A stretch of DNA of 64,000 nt from an uncultured virus (IMG/VR IMGVR_UViG_3300042465_005479) (taxonomy: Duplodnaviria > Heunggongvirae > Uroviricota > Caudoviricetes). The notes beneath the pieces are model-generated. The model was not told where the DNA came from. It did not search any database and worked only from the letters and a program-made list of their open reading frames with translations. The stretch's first letter is position 1. Each line of letters opens with the position of its first letter. The position numbers were made by a program, and so were the translations under genes. Below, one piece after another: positions 50,795 to 60,639 of this stretch. The DNA is taken from IMG/VR virus record IMGVR_UViG_3300042465_005479; one strand, written 5' to 3'.

Positions 50795-53583
50795 TAATTA
50801 ATATGTTCTTCCCAACCTGGTTCTGCCAATTCATAAATGTATTCAGAACTAACACCAACTCTATCCCAAAACTTTAATTCCAAATCAGTTATTGTTAATA
50901 AATCCTCAATCGTATCTTGGTCCCCTTCTTTATTTGGTATACCTCCAACCAACTCACATTGAGTCTTAGTAAAAAACCCTCTATCTTCAGGGTTAGCAAT
51001 TAATAAACTTTCTCTTAACTCCTTATTAAAAACAATTAATAATGGTTCCACTTTTTTATTAAATGTTGAGATTGCTCTTGCAACATTATAATCTCCGGTT
51101 AAGTCAGGGTTATTCTCAATTTCGGTTTGGTCCAACATATAACAATTAAGTTGTATTGTTGAGGTAGACTTATCTTCAGGTTCCATACCATTAACTGATG
51201 TAAATAAATCCAATTCTTTTTTAGTGTAATTGTTTTTTGTGATTTTTTGAACATCTCCGTGTGACGCTTTTAAACCATTATTGACATAGCTAATAACATC
51301 TCCCAATGAAACTTTTAAGTCGTGTTTGATAGCCAATTCCATATGAGCCATTCTACTCATCAATGAACCCGCCTTTGTTTTCTGACCACATCTCTTTTTA
51401 TAATCTTCAACAGATAGTTTAACTCTCGCTCTTTGAGCGATTTGTTTTAATGGGATTTGTTGGTTGTATATTCTTTGGTGATACTCAAAATACCACTCAA
51501 CGAATTCTTGTCCTTTTCCTTCTAATAACAATTTCACACCTTTATCTAAAAACACCTCAATGTATAGTGGTAATTTCTTAGATTTAATTGAGTTCCCGGT
51601 TAATTTAATTTTACCATTAGATTCCATTGTTGCGTAGTTCTTTCTACTCAAGTTAATACAAGAATCCCAAGTTCCATCACAATCTAACCCCATCTCACCT
51701 TTCATAAACAAATCATTGTATTCTGCGGTGTCGGCGTAATATCCTCTGTATTCTTTACCCTCTTTAACTAACCAATTTAGTCCTTTACCAATATAAACTC
51801 TATCATCAACACCCTCATCCGGTAAACTAAAGTTAACACCATCCGTATCAAGTACCAAAGGTGTGTATCCTCGTTTAACAAAGTATTTTACCATTTGACG
51901 AAGATATTGTCTTCCGGTGCAGGTAATTCTTTCACCACTATTCATTTCCCCCCACTCATAAACGTGTGGTGCTGATAATCCACCAAACATCGAGTTAATA
52001 AAGATTTTTAATGGTAATTGTTTTCTATCGTATGAAAGTGATTTTTTAGAATCAATTGATTTATACTCCGACGCCAAGTTTTTATACATAATACGAGCAT
52101 TACGGAAATAAGTTAACATCCCTTTCATCCCACCCATAACATCACACTCAGGGAACACGTCGTGAACCAATTGAATAGACGGATATAGGGAAGAGTAATC
52201 GAGTTTTAATACGTTGGTAGAGTAACCCACCTTAAGTAGTCTTGAAAGTCCTCCTACGAAGTCTGTCTTCTCTTCTTTTGCTGGAATAGCTAATTTGTTC
52301 TTGTAAGACCAAGCCAACATAATCATTCTCCATAGAGTTGCGGTTCCCATTGTGGAAACTCTCTCGTATGTTGTTGGTACCATTGATGCTAATAGAAACG
52401 TTCCTTGGTTGAATTCATCATCCACTGTCAACGTTTCCTCTAAGTCATCGTCAAGATATCTCTCCACAATATTATCTCCGGTAACCTTTAAGTATTTCCC
52501 CGGGAATCTTGTATCTAAATTATTAAAGTCCGGATTATCGGCTCTTTTATATTTCCCATTCTCAACATTTAACCAATATTCCTCCTTTTTGGCATACATC
52601 GGTCCAATTTCTAAGTGGTCAATATAAACTCGGTCGGGGGCTTCAGCTTTAATGTATTGAGTAATGTATTTAAGTCCTGCGGATTTAATACTTGAATTGA
52701 TTGCTTGTGCTCTACGAACTGAGTGGATAATATCAATAATATTATAACCCCACAATTGAGTTTGTGAGAATCTCTCTACCTCGTTGGCAAGTTTTAACAT
52801 ACCGTCTTTTTGAGATATGGGTCTTGCCGGGTTTAGTGATTTAGCGATTTTTTTGATGTCCAAGTTAAGTGCTTTGCATCTCTCAAATATCCAAAACCAG
52901 TCAAAGTTTGCTGAATTGTATCCACCAATGATTGATGGTTTAAGTTCATCGATAATGTTGAAGAACTCAACTAATCCTCTTCGTTCTTGGTCCTCATCCG
53001 CACATTCAATAACTTTTTGGTATCCTTTATTGGTTTTGATTCCAATCATAAATATACGACCGTCTTTAGGTTCAAGAGCAGTCGTCTCCAAGTCAAATCC
53101 GAGTCGGGTGATGTCATTGTATTCTTCATACCCTTTGAATAGTCTTTTCTCTCTTGAAATTAAATATTGTTCTACCGGTGGGAGAACTGTTAATTTTCCT
53201 TTTGTCTTTTCACCCCACGGGTCTACACCACCCTCTTTAAAGAATTGGATGAGTGAACGATAACCCTTCATTGATTTAACCATATATTTGAGACCCTTTT
53301 CTAATCTCTCATTACCTTTGGTTTCTAACTTATCAATGATGATTCCGTGTTTTTTCATCGCATCTTTTTGTAAGTCTTTAGATTTTGAATAAAAGTTCAA
53401 ATCTCTCAAGTCTCCAACCCAAGCAAATGCCGTAAATGTATCTTTTTTGATTATTTTTCCCTGACTCGGGATTTCTTTAATTTTGTAGACTGAATCTGAT
53501 ACGTAATCATATTCAATCGCAACTATGTGCTCTTCGGGGTCATTCCCTTCAAGGAATGCCTTAATTTCTTCTTGTGTTATCAT
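50794..53583 (-). CDS. DNA polymerase family B with 3'-5' exonuclease
   Basis: ExoI FDLETT, ExoII GYNSANFDW, ExoIII YLDDD; polymerase motifs DYSSLYPS, K...NSMFG, DTDG and KNY. Confidence 0.93.
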   Translation of the reverse strand: MITQEEIKAFLEGNDPEEHIVAIEYDYVSDSVYKIKEIPSQGKIIKKDTFTAFAWVGDLRDLNFYSKSKDLQKDAMKKHGIIIDKLETKGNERLEKGLKYMVKSMKGYRSLIQFFKEGGVDPWGEKTKGKLTVLPPVEQYLISREKRLFKGYEEYNDITRLGFDLETTALEPKDGRIFMIGIKTNKGYQKVIECADEDQERRGLVEFFNIIDELKPSIIGGYNSANFDWFWIFERCKALNLDIKKIAKSLNPARPISQKDGMLKLANEVERFSQTQLWGYNIIDIIHSVRRAQAINSSIKSAGLKYITQYIKAEAPDRVYIDHLEIGPMYAKKEEYWLNVENGKYKRADNPDFNNLDTRFPGKYLKVTGDNIVERYLDDDLEETLTVDDEFNQGTFLLASMVPTTYERVSTMGTATLWRMIMLAWSYKNKLAIPAKEEKTDFVGGLSRLLKVGYSTNVLKLDYSSLYPSIQLVHDVFPECDVMGGMKGMLTYFRNARIMYKNLASEYKSIDSKKSLSYDRKQLPLKIFINSMFGGLSAPHVYEWGEMNSGERITCTGRQYLRQMVKYFVKRGYTPLVLDTDGVNFSLPDEGVDDRVYIGKGLNWLVKEGKEYRGYYADTAEYNDLFMKGEMGLDCDGTWDSCINLSRKNYATMESNGKIKLTGNSIKSKKLPLYIEVFLDKGVKLLLEGKGQEFVEWYFEYHQRIYNQQIPLKQIAQRARVKLSVEDYKKRCGQKTKAGSLMSRMAHMELAIKHDLKVSLGDVISYVNNGLKASHGDVQKITKNNYTKKELDLFTSVNGMEPEDKSTSTIQLNCYMLDQTEIENNPDLTGDYNVARAISTFNKKVEPLLIVFNKELRESLLIANPEDRGFFTKTQCELVGGIPNKEGDQDTIEDLLTITDLELKFWDRVGVSSEYIYELAEPGWEEHIN

Positions 53584-53645
53584 AATTATATTTTTTAGAT
53601 TGACATATTGGCTCCGATATAAATCGGGTTTGTCTTGTTTCTATA

Positions 53646-53674
53646 AATATATTGTAATAATCTCATTTAGTCAA
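53646..53674 (-). promoter_or_regulatory. Host-RNAP-type promoter of the DNA polymerase gene
   Basis: Minus strand TTGACT-N17-TATATT, directly after a terminator. Confidence 0.65.
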
Positions 53675-53678
53675 ATAC

Positions 53679-53705
53679 AAAAAAAAAAGACCCGAAGGTC
53701 TTTTT
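53679..53705 (-). terminator. Intrinsic terminator with a C(UUCG)G loop
   Basis: Minus strand AAAAAGACC-TTCG-GGTCTTTTT within a T10 run. Confidence 0.85.
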
Positions 53706-53708
53706 GTT

Positions 53709-54782
53709 TTATAATGGTAATCCTGAAACATATTCTGATGTTAGGTCAACCCAACCACCGTTAATACTATATTTCCAAAATTGGTCGATATTAACGTATG
53801 ATTCATATCCATAATCTGTATTAATAAAAACACCACTAGTGAAAAATATCTCAGTAGAAGGTCTTGATAATAACACACTATTTGTTGCTCCCGATAAATT
53901 AGCAAATAAATAAGTAAATGCGTTTTCTTTAATTTTATTTGTTGAAAAAATCATTTGTTTATTATATATTTCTTCCGATGTTCCCGTAAATCCTGATAAT
54001 GTACCACGAAACGGCCATAAGATATCAACTAACTTATAAAATTCATAATCTCCTGAACCTGAATAAGTACTAAATGTTGGTGTGGTAGCACTCCAAGTTG
54101 TTAATACCTCACCTATGGCTCCCGCCACAGCTCCACAAGTATTATCTGTGATACTATCTGGTTTACCTTTTCTTAACATTCTTCCCGCACGACCATCTAT
54201 TGTTACACCAATATGAGGTGTACTTGTTATAAATAAAGTTCCGCCACTTGTAATGTGGCTAGCCCAAGCACCTAACCCAACAGTTCCAACAAATGGGAAC
54301 CCTGCTAAACCACCTGACATAAACGGACCAAGAAATGTGTTCATAGAAGTTGGAAATTGTCCAATATTATCAACACCTGTAAATACGGGACCATCAACAT
54401 CATCAGAACATATACCTTCGGCGTAAATAATATCATCAGGGGAATAACCTTTACTAGTAATAAATCCTTTTGTATACTCACCCCAAGATTCCGATAACGT
54501 TGACGAAGAATATGCTAAACCACCTTCCGGATTAACAATACCTCTAAGGGTAGTTGTATAACCTGATTGTAATGGAGCCGGCGCCGGCACATTAAAATTG
54601 TAACTATAGTTATATTCTAAAACATTAATATCATAATTACCATATGGATATGGTGTAATATTATTAAATGGTATTGTCTGAATACCTAAATTTTGTGGTG
54701 TCCCTCCGGATGCTGGAGTAAAGGTAACAGACGCGGTTTTACCTATTAAATTATTACTGATAATTCTTAAACCTATTGACAT
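53709..54782 (-). CDS. LCIB/LCIC-like beta-carbonic anhydrase domain fused to an N-terminal beta-rich domain
   Basis: GICSDD, FMSGGLAGFPFVG..G..A...H, TPHIG....G..G...R.G and TCGA, giving the Cys/His/Cys Zn-ligand order of the LCIB family. Confidence 0.72.
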   Translation of the reverse strand: MSIGLRIISNNLIGKTASVTFTPASGGTPQNLGIQTIPFNNITPYPYGNYDINVLEYNYSYNFNVPAPAPLQSGYTTTLRGIVNPEGGLAYSSSTLSESWGEYTKGFITSKGYSPDDIIYAEGICSDDVDGPVFTGVDNIGQFPTSMNTFLGPFMSGGLAGFPFVGTVGLGAWASHITSGGTLFITSTPHIGVTIDGRAGRMLRKGKPDSITDNTCGAVAGAIGEVLTTWSATTPTFSTYSGSGDYEFYKLVDILWPFRGTLSGFTGTSEEIYNKQMIFSTNKIKENAFTYLFANLSGATNSVLLSRPSTEIFFTSGVFINTDYGYESYVNIDQFWKYSINGGWVDLTSEYVSGLPL

Positions 54783-54838
54783 AATTATTTTTTTTGTTTT
54801 TTTTTATTTATTTATAAATATCAAACACTTTAAAAAAG

Positions 54839-55525
54839 TTAAAGTAAAATGTTTGATATAATATCATTATTTGGGATTATATCATCACCTAAATTATTAT
54901 CAGGAATACTATTTGTTATAATATTGTTATTTGGTATGATGTCATCACCTAAATTATTGTCAGGAATATTACTCGTTATAATATCGTTATTTGGTATAAC
55001 ATCGTCATCTAAATTATTATTAGGGATTGTTTTATAAATAAAATCTTTGTCTTTAATTAATTCATAATTAAAATATACAAGTGATGGTGGTTGTGGTATA
55101 ACAGAATGTGATACACAACAAGGATAAACTGATGTGTAGCAAGTATCATATTCTAAATCGTCAGCAATAAATGACTCTTGAATATATATGTTTAGTTTTT
55201 CCCTAATTGGTAATATTATATTACCGTCAGATGTCTTTATTAAAAATTGTCCTTCATTTCTACCCTCAACACTCGTGTCTTGTTTGGTAAATTGATAGTA
55301 AATATAATATTCAGGTTCTGCATTGGGGTCGTCAAATATTTTTTCAACAAACCCCGCTGGTCTTGAAGTTATTTTTGGAATACCTGTCTCAGAATTAACC
55401 ATAGAAAAGAATATGGTTGAGGATTCCAATAATTCCATAAAATTATTGTAATCACTTCTACCATCTTTTACTACTTGAAGTTTAAGAAGAGGTAAGGTTG
55501 CGTTTTTCTTTATAAAAAATTCCAT
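54839..55525 (-). CDS. Putative virion protein (BppU-N-like Ig fold) with a C-terminal repeat tail
   Basis: FFIKKNATLP.LK.Q...Y.F...DT...G...G.F.I, followed by IPxNN repeats. Confidence 0.45.
   Translation of the reverse strand: MEFFIKKNATLPLLKLQVVKDGRSDYNNFMELLESSTIFFSMVNSETGIPKITSRPAGFVEKIFDDPNAEPEYYIYYQFTKQDTSVEGRNEGQFLIKTSDGNIILPIREKLNIYIQESFIADDLEYDTCYTSVYPCCVSHSVIPQPPSLVYFNYELIKDKDFIYKTIPNNNLDDDVIPNNDIITSNIPDNNLGDDIIPNNNIITNSIPDNNLGDDIIPNNDIISNILL
54851..55030 (-). repeat. Coding tandem repeat, about 3 x 60 bp (6 x 10 aa)
   Basis: IPNNNLDDDV/IPNNDIITSN/IPDNNLGDDI/IPNNNIITNS/IPDNNLGDDI/IPNNDIISNI; the 60-bp period is visible in the DNA. Confidence 0.85.
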
Positions 55526-55561
55526 TAAAGTTTTTATTTATAAATACTTCAAAATATAGAA

Positions 55562-57235
55562 TTAACTTTCTTTTCTTAATGAACCGTCATAATGTTCAAA
55601 TCTATCGTGTTCCGTTGGTGTTAATAACAATAATCCCGGATTAATTTTTCCTTTAACAGTTTCTTGATAACAATAAGACATTAACGTCTGTTCAAATGGG
55701 TGAGCCCATTTTGTTTCTAAATAACACTTATAGTTACCTTCTCTTGTTAATATTATCGGCCAATTACATAAATAAACTTCCCCTGTCGCATATGATAACC
55801 CTTTATATGTCCTTATCTCCTTAAATTGTGTTTTAGGTGAATTAGGGTCTAGTCCTTGAACCGGTAATTTAGGGTTATTCGGCCAATGAGATTGTCTAAA
55901 ATCTTGAGGGACATTATACCAACTCCATTGAACACTATTATCACCAAAAAATTCACTAAAATTTAATTTAAGAAAATCAAAATTTTCTTTTTTAACAATC
56001 TCTACTGATTTTTGATATAATTTATCAACAAAACGAGGGAACCCATTTCTACATACCTCACCTTTTTTTGGATAAAAAGCCATATCGTCTTCAAACCACC
56101 AATAACAATCTAAATCAGTTTCATCAAAATGTTCAGCAACAAACACTCTCCCCCCGACAATACCAATGTTGTCTTTTTTAATATGTTCAAAACCATATTG
56201 TTCACATAGTTCAAGATATCTTGGTGTTGTTGATAAATCGGTTGAGTTATCTAATAAGAATTTTTTTGGTTTATCAATAAAGTCAGAATCATAATCTAAC
56301 ATAGATTGGATTAATACCTCAAATTGTTTAGGTGAGTTAAATGCTATAACATACAATCCAACTTTGGATGTGTCTAAACTATTCGGTTTAATTGGTAAAA
56401 CACTTTCTTTAACTTGAGTCGTGTTATTTTTTAAGTCCTCAAAAAATTTACCCATTAATCCATTATCTTCTATTTCTGAATAACTAATCAACTCAGGGTA
56501 TTTGTATGTCATAATTGTAAATAACGATTCTTCAGTTCCCATTAACCCTTGTGATAATGTATCATTCATTAACCCGTAATAGATACCGTTAATATCTGAT
56601 ATAACATCTTTTCTTCCTCCGAAGAAACCTGCTCGAGCAACCATTTTAACTGGTTCTCCGGCTAATTCACATAATTCAGGATATTTAAATCCGTGGATTT
56701 CAGAATTAGTTTCATAAGGGAAACAAACAAAATGAAAATTTTTAACTAATTGAGGTAATTTATCTAAAACCTTATCGTGTGTAAAATATCCCGGGTGAAT
56801 TGTATTTGTTAACCCAGCGTCAATCCAAAACATATATTCTGAATTAAACCTATCTAAAATTTTAGCATCGTGTAGGAGATAAATTTTTGACATAACCAAC
56901 GGGTTATACATCTCTAATTTAGCTTGAGTTGAATCGGTTAACCATCCGACTTGATTATACCAATCCGGATTTGTTCTTATATTTTGTATTTTATCAAAAA
57001 AATCGTTGTCTTTAAACCAAGACAAACTTCTACGAACAAATTGTGTGTTTTCACTTCGTCTATTGTTTGACACAAATTTCTCTAACTCTTCGTCACCAAA
57101 AATAATCATATTCACATCAACTTGTAATAGTTGTTGAAATTTATCTAAATAATGTTGGAATGAACGAGACCAACCCTCTTGAAGGTCTCCTCTACCTATA
57201 TCCCATAATCCTGTCACTAATGTTACTTTACTCAT
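55562..57235 (-). CDS. Two-domain glycosyltransferase: HtrL/YibB-like plus GT-A (GT2-like)
   Basis: N-terminal VTLVTGLWDIGR...RS...YL, FWIDAG, GFFGG and EE; C-terminal LDNS...NIGIVGGR...FEDD. Confidence 0.75.
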   Translation of the reverse strand: MSKVTLVTGLWDIGRGDLQEGWSRSFQHYLDKFQQLLQVDVNMIIFGDEELEKFVSNNRRSENTQFVRRSLSWFKDNDFFDKIQNIRTNPDWYNQVGWLTDSTQAKLEMYNPLVMSKIYLLHDAKILDRFNSEYMFWIDAGLTNTIHPGYFTHDKVLDKLPQLVKNFHFVCFPYETNSEIHGFKYPELCELAGEPVKMVARAGFFGGRKDVISDINGIYYGLMNDTLSQGLMGTEESLFTIMTYKYPELISYSEIEDNGLMGKFFEDLKNNTTQVKESVLPIKPNSLDTSKVGLYVIAFNSPKQFEVLIQSMLDYDSDFIDKPKKFLLDNSTDLSTTPRYLELCEQYGFEHIKKDNIGIVGGRVFVAEHFDETDLDCYWWFEDDMAFYPKKGEVCRNGFPRFVDKLYQKSVEIVKKENFDFLKLNFSEFFGDNSVQWSWYNVPQDFRQSHWPNNPKLPVQGLDPNSPKTQFKEIRTYKGLSYATGEVYLCNWPIILTREGNYKCYLETKWAHPFEQTLMSYCYQETVKGKINPGLLLLTPTEHDRFEHYDGSLRKES

Positions 57236-57801
57236 ATTGTATCTCTAATTTTATATATTATTTTATCAACAAATTCATATTCCATAATTTTGGATAAGTC
57301 TTCGTAAAATAACCCATCCCCGAATACGTCTTCTTGAAACATTGGTAAATTTTTAGTATTAGGAATGACACCCATACATTTACCAATATTCCCTAGTGTT
57401 ACTTCTTTTGTCGTCCAATTAATTGTTCCTCCCCATTTATGTTTAAAAATGTATAGTTTTTTTTCTGTAACGACTTCCCTTATATACTCAAAGGCATCAT
57501 CAACATAATAATCATCGTCGTCCGCAAACATAATAAAATCACCGTCAAGGTTATTAATGTGTTTGTTTAATAAAGGGTGTCCAAACTTACCTAATCTATC
57601 CCCATCATTTATAATGTGATTTAATTTAAAATTAACATCATAATTAGATAAAACATTTTGAACAAACTCGTGATTTGTATCGGATATTATGGTAAAAGAA
57701 TCGTTTTGGGTTAACTGATTTTTAAAACTATCAATCAATCTTGGTAATGATTCTCTTCCAATAGTTGTGCAAACAATGTTAAAAGAATAGTTAGACATCA
57801 T
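57232..57801 (-). CDS. GT-A fold (GT2-like) glycosyltransferase
   Basis: IVCTTIGRESL...S, GH...N and GDFIMFADDDD; probable start at the ATG overlapping the upstream stop. Confidence 0.75.
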   Translation of the reverse strand: MMSNYSFNIVCTTIGRESLPRLIDSFKNQLTQNDSFTIISDTNHEFVQNVLSNYDVNFKLNHIINDGDRLGKFGHPLLNKHINNLDGDFIMFADDDDYYVDDAFEYIREVVTEKKLYIFKHKWGGTINWTTKEVTLGNIGKCMGVIPNTKNLPMFQEDVFGDGLFYEDLSKIMEYEFVDKIIYKIRDTI

Positions 57802-58636
57802 ATTTCTCATCAATTTTATATTTGTCGACATCCAATAAATCCATAAGGTCCAATATCCCTCTTTGTAAATCTAACCAATCACCAAAATTAAAAAATTTAA
57901 CGTCATTTGTGTGAGTTAATATAGATAAAACCTCTTGTTCACTAATTAATTTACCTGTTGTTGTGTAATATGTTTCAAAAATCGATAAGTAATTAGATAA
58001 AACTTTTTGAATAGACTCACTTGTCCCTCCAAACATACCTCCGGGAACTAACTTAAAGTCTGTGTTAAACATATTAACAAGAACTGCTTTTAATTCGTAA
58101 TTAACCTGAATTGATTCTCCTCTTAAACAAATAAAACCATTCTCAGATATTTTTTCATTTATTTTATTTAAAAATAATTCTGAATGGGCAAAAACATTAA
58201 TGTAATCTCTCCATCTATCGTGACAACTAGTTCCAAAAAGTCCGGAATCAATCCACACAACATTTTTATTATCTTCACACTCATCGAGTAAAAATTGTAA
58301 CTTATTAAAAATAACTTCTACATAATTTTTAACACAATAAATTCTATCGTAAATTTCCCCTTCGGCAAATTTAACTAATCTAATTGGGTTTATGTTGTTT
58401 AGGTAATTTTCAGAATTTAATTCGTGAAACTTTATGGTTACATTTGGTTGGTTAAATTGTTCACCTAAATGATATTTGTCGTAAGTGTATTGATTAGTGT
58501 AAATAACATATTCAAAACCTTCAAAAATTATACTACGTAATGTTTGGGTTAATAATGGATATGATTTATATACCATACCACCTCTGGAATCTTCATAGTT
58601 TAATTCATAAACTGATGTAATAATTTTTAATACCAT
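57791..58636 (-). CDS. HtrL/YibB-like glycosyltransferase
   Basis: K..FL, VVWIDSG, GGMFGG and SEQ..L motifs parallel the N-terminal domain of 55562..57235. Confidence 0.65.
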   Translation of the reverse strand: MVLKIITSVYELNYEDSRGGMVYKSYPLLTQTLRSIIFEGFEYVIYTNQYTYDKYHLGEQFNQPNVTIKFHELNSENYLNNINPIRLVKFAEGEIYDRIYCVKNYVEVIFNKLQFLLDECEDNKNVVWIDSGLFGTSCHDRWRDYINVFAHSELFLNKINEKISENGFICLRGESIQVNYELKAVLVNMFNTDFKLVPGGMFGGTSESIQKVLSNYLSIFETYYTTTGKLISEQEVLSILTHTNDVKFFNFGDWLDLQRGILDLMDLLDVDKYKIDEKYDV

Positions 58637-59334
58637 TTGTCGTGATTGGGGATTAATAAGTTTATGTGTTTGCTAGAATTGTTTTTTAAGTCAACACCGT
58701 TATGTAATGCTGAGAAACACATTTCATCTATATTACCCGCAGGTATATTATATAAATTGTCAACATATTTAATCTCAATACATTCATCCCAAGTTTTTAA
58801 AAATGAATAAAATTTATCTTTATCAATATCTAAAAATTGAATGCAGTCTTCCGGCATCCACATATCCACTTTATTATATTGAACGTCAAATTTATTTTCA
58901 TAATGTAAGTATCGTCTTCCTAACATACTATTTGTCTCAACCTCTTTTTCAAAAAGATAGGTTACTTGACCGGCAACACTATTAGGTATAAAACACTCTA
59001 ACACATTTTTTTTTGTGAATAATGATTTGTTTGGTATAACATCCGTATCTGTTAAAATTACTTTAGTAAATCCACTATCTAACGCAAATTTTACTGAGAA
59101 TCTTTTAACTGAAAAATCAAAATCATAATAATTCGTATTATATGTCACATATTTTTCATTATATTCCTTAATATGTGAAACAAATACATAATCTTCTTTA
59201 GTAATTGATTCCGGATTATCTGTAACTATGAAAATATTTGGTTTATCTTCAAATTCTTTAAATGATTCTATCATTCTATTTGTTTGGGCATAATATCTAT
59301 CACCATAACAAAATGTTGCTATCGCATATTCCAT
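58627..59334 (-). CDS. Putative GT-A glycosyltransferase
   Basis: ATFCYGDRY, IFIVTDNP, F....KR and a DxD motif (ILTDTD); operon context. Confidence 0.55.
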   Translation of the reverse strand: MEYAIATFCYGDRYYAQTNRMIESFKEFEDKPNIFIVTDNPESITKEDYVFVSHIKEYNEKYVTYNTNYYDFDFSVKRFSVKFALDSGFTKVILTDTDVIPNKSLFTKKNVLECFIPNSVAGQVTYLFEKEVETNSMLGRRYLHYENKFDVQYNKVDMWMPEDCIQFLDIDKDKFYSFLKTWDECIEIKYVDNLYNIPAGNIDEMCFSALHNGVDLKNNSSKHINLLIPNHDKWY

Positions 59335-59338
59335 ATTT

Positions 59339-60586
59339 TTACAAATTACCTGTTATTCTTTCACACCAACCTTTTGACTTACTAAACGGCCAAACAACCC
59401 AGTATTTTGGTTTATGAACAGTTTGGAAATCTCTCCAAACTTTACAATACCCATCAGGGTCTCTCATCATATTATTAATCTCATTGATATCAGCATCTTT
59501 TCTAAAAAGTGTTTCATCTTTTTCATCGTGGAAAGCAACAACCCAAAATTCGTAATCTTTTTCAGGAACTTGAGAAAATCCAATGTCGATACAATGTTTA
59601 AAGATACTAGCGTAACTTGCCAACCATTCTTCCTCAGTTTCAAATATTTGAGGATTAGGTGCGTAATTTTTATCTAAAGTATATTGTTGAACAGCTCTAT
59701 TTGAAAATTTAAGACCTGAATAAATTTCATAATCTTTTAAAGTTCTTTCAGTTCCGAACCCGTAAAAACTAAAGTCCATTGTAACGTCTTCACCGTCCAT
59801 ACCAAATAGTTGACGATTCTTTTTATGAGATAATTCATTTTTCTTACCCCACTCTTTATCATCATCCCATTGTTTGGTTCTACCCTTACGAGTATATTCG
59901 TGCCAAATAACAGTTTTGTGTGGGTGAAATAAATCGTATCCGTGTGTAAATGCTCTAACAGCGATTGAGATTTCTTCTCCGTGGAAATAGAATTCAGGGT
60001 CGTGTTGAACCTCGACACTAAATTGTCCCAATGTAAATGCCATATGGGCGGAGTAAAATCTTGAGGTAACGGGTTCTTTAAGATTTTCCCACCCCGGAAT
60101 TGTTTCAGGTAAAAAGAAGACGGCACCTTCCGGTATAAATCTATCAAAAGCCATTCTCCAAGGTTCTTTAACTCTACTTGCCGGGTCATTGTCCGGGTCG
60201 AATGAAGAAACATAACCTGTTAGTAAAGGTTTCTTAAATCCTTTCTTTTGAAGTTGTTTAACCATTTTGATTAGGGTGTCGTCCCAATCTTTTTCAAATC
60301 TCATATGAGAATCGATTTGTAAGGTATATTCTTCACCTTTATATAGTTGTTGAACTTGGTTTCTTGCCCAACAAACCCCTTTGGATTCGGTGTATAGAAC
60401 ATCAATAACTCTAAAACGTTTATCACCTTTGAATTCTGATAAATTATCAAAACCATCTTCCGGATGATATTGACGACAAATACCGATTACTAAATTTTTA
60501 GGTTTCTTTGCATTCTCCAACATTGATTTAATTGTTGGGATAAGTTGGGGGTCACGATAGGACGCAATTTGGACAAATATCTTCAT
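59339..60586 (-). CDS. GT60-like UDP-GlcNAc:polypeptide (Hyp/Thr) N-acetylglucosaminyltransferase
   Basis: KIFVQIASYRDP, S.GVCWAR...Q.LY.GE.Y.LQIDSHMRF...WD, DP..YFHGEEI...VR.FT.GYD, WH.Y.R and G.ERTL..YE. Confidence 0.82.
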   Translation of the reverse strand: MKIFVQIASYRDPQLIPTIKSMLENAKKPKNLVIGICRQYHPEDGFDNLSEFKGDKRFRVIDVLYTESKGVCWARNQVQQLYKGEEYTLQIDSHMRFEKDWDDTLIKMVKQLQKKGFKKPLLTGYVSSFDPDNDPASRVKEPWRMAFDRFIPEGAVFFLPETIPGWENLKEPVTSRFYSAHMAFTLGQFSVEVQHDPEFYFHGEEISIAVRAFTHGYDLFHPHKTVIWHEYTRKGRTKQWDDDKEWGKKNELSHKKNRQLFGMDGEDVTMDFSFYGFGTERTLKDYEIYSGLKFSNRAVQQYTLDKNYAPNPQIFETEEEWLASYASIFKHCIDIGFSQVPEKDYEFWVVAFHDEKDETLFRKDADINEINNMMRDPDGYCKVWRDFQTVHKPKYWVVWPFSKSKGWCERITGNL

Positions 60587-60639
60587 TTAATATCTTTTTA
60601 TTGTAAAAATAATATTTTTTATAAAAAGATAAATAGAAA

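Noticed and set aside
14136..53583. Inteins or introns in RNR, helicases, RecA-like or PolB genes
   Set aside because: Protein lengths are ordinary, motifs are contiguous, and no intein termini or homing endonuclease motifs were seen.
22450..53690. A10 homopolymers near 22450 and 53679 as phase-variation tracts
   Set aside because: Both are the U-tracts of intrinsic terminators in non-coding DNA.
54851..55030. Possible CRISPR array from the 60-bp periodicity
   Set aside because: The repeats are degenerate, in frame within a CDS, and lack unique spacers; no cas genes are present.
55562..60586. GT cluster as a DNA hypermodification locus
   Set aside because: No hydroxymethylase, TET/JBP or nucleotide kinase gene is nearby, and the lead enzyme resembles protein-acting GT60. 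Not fully excluded.
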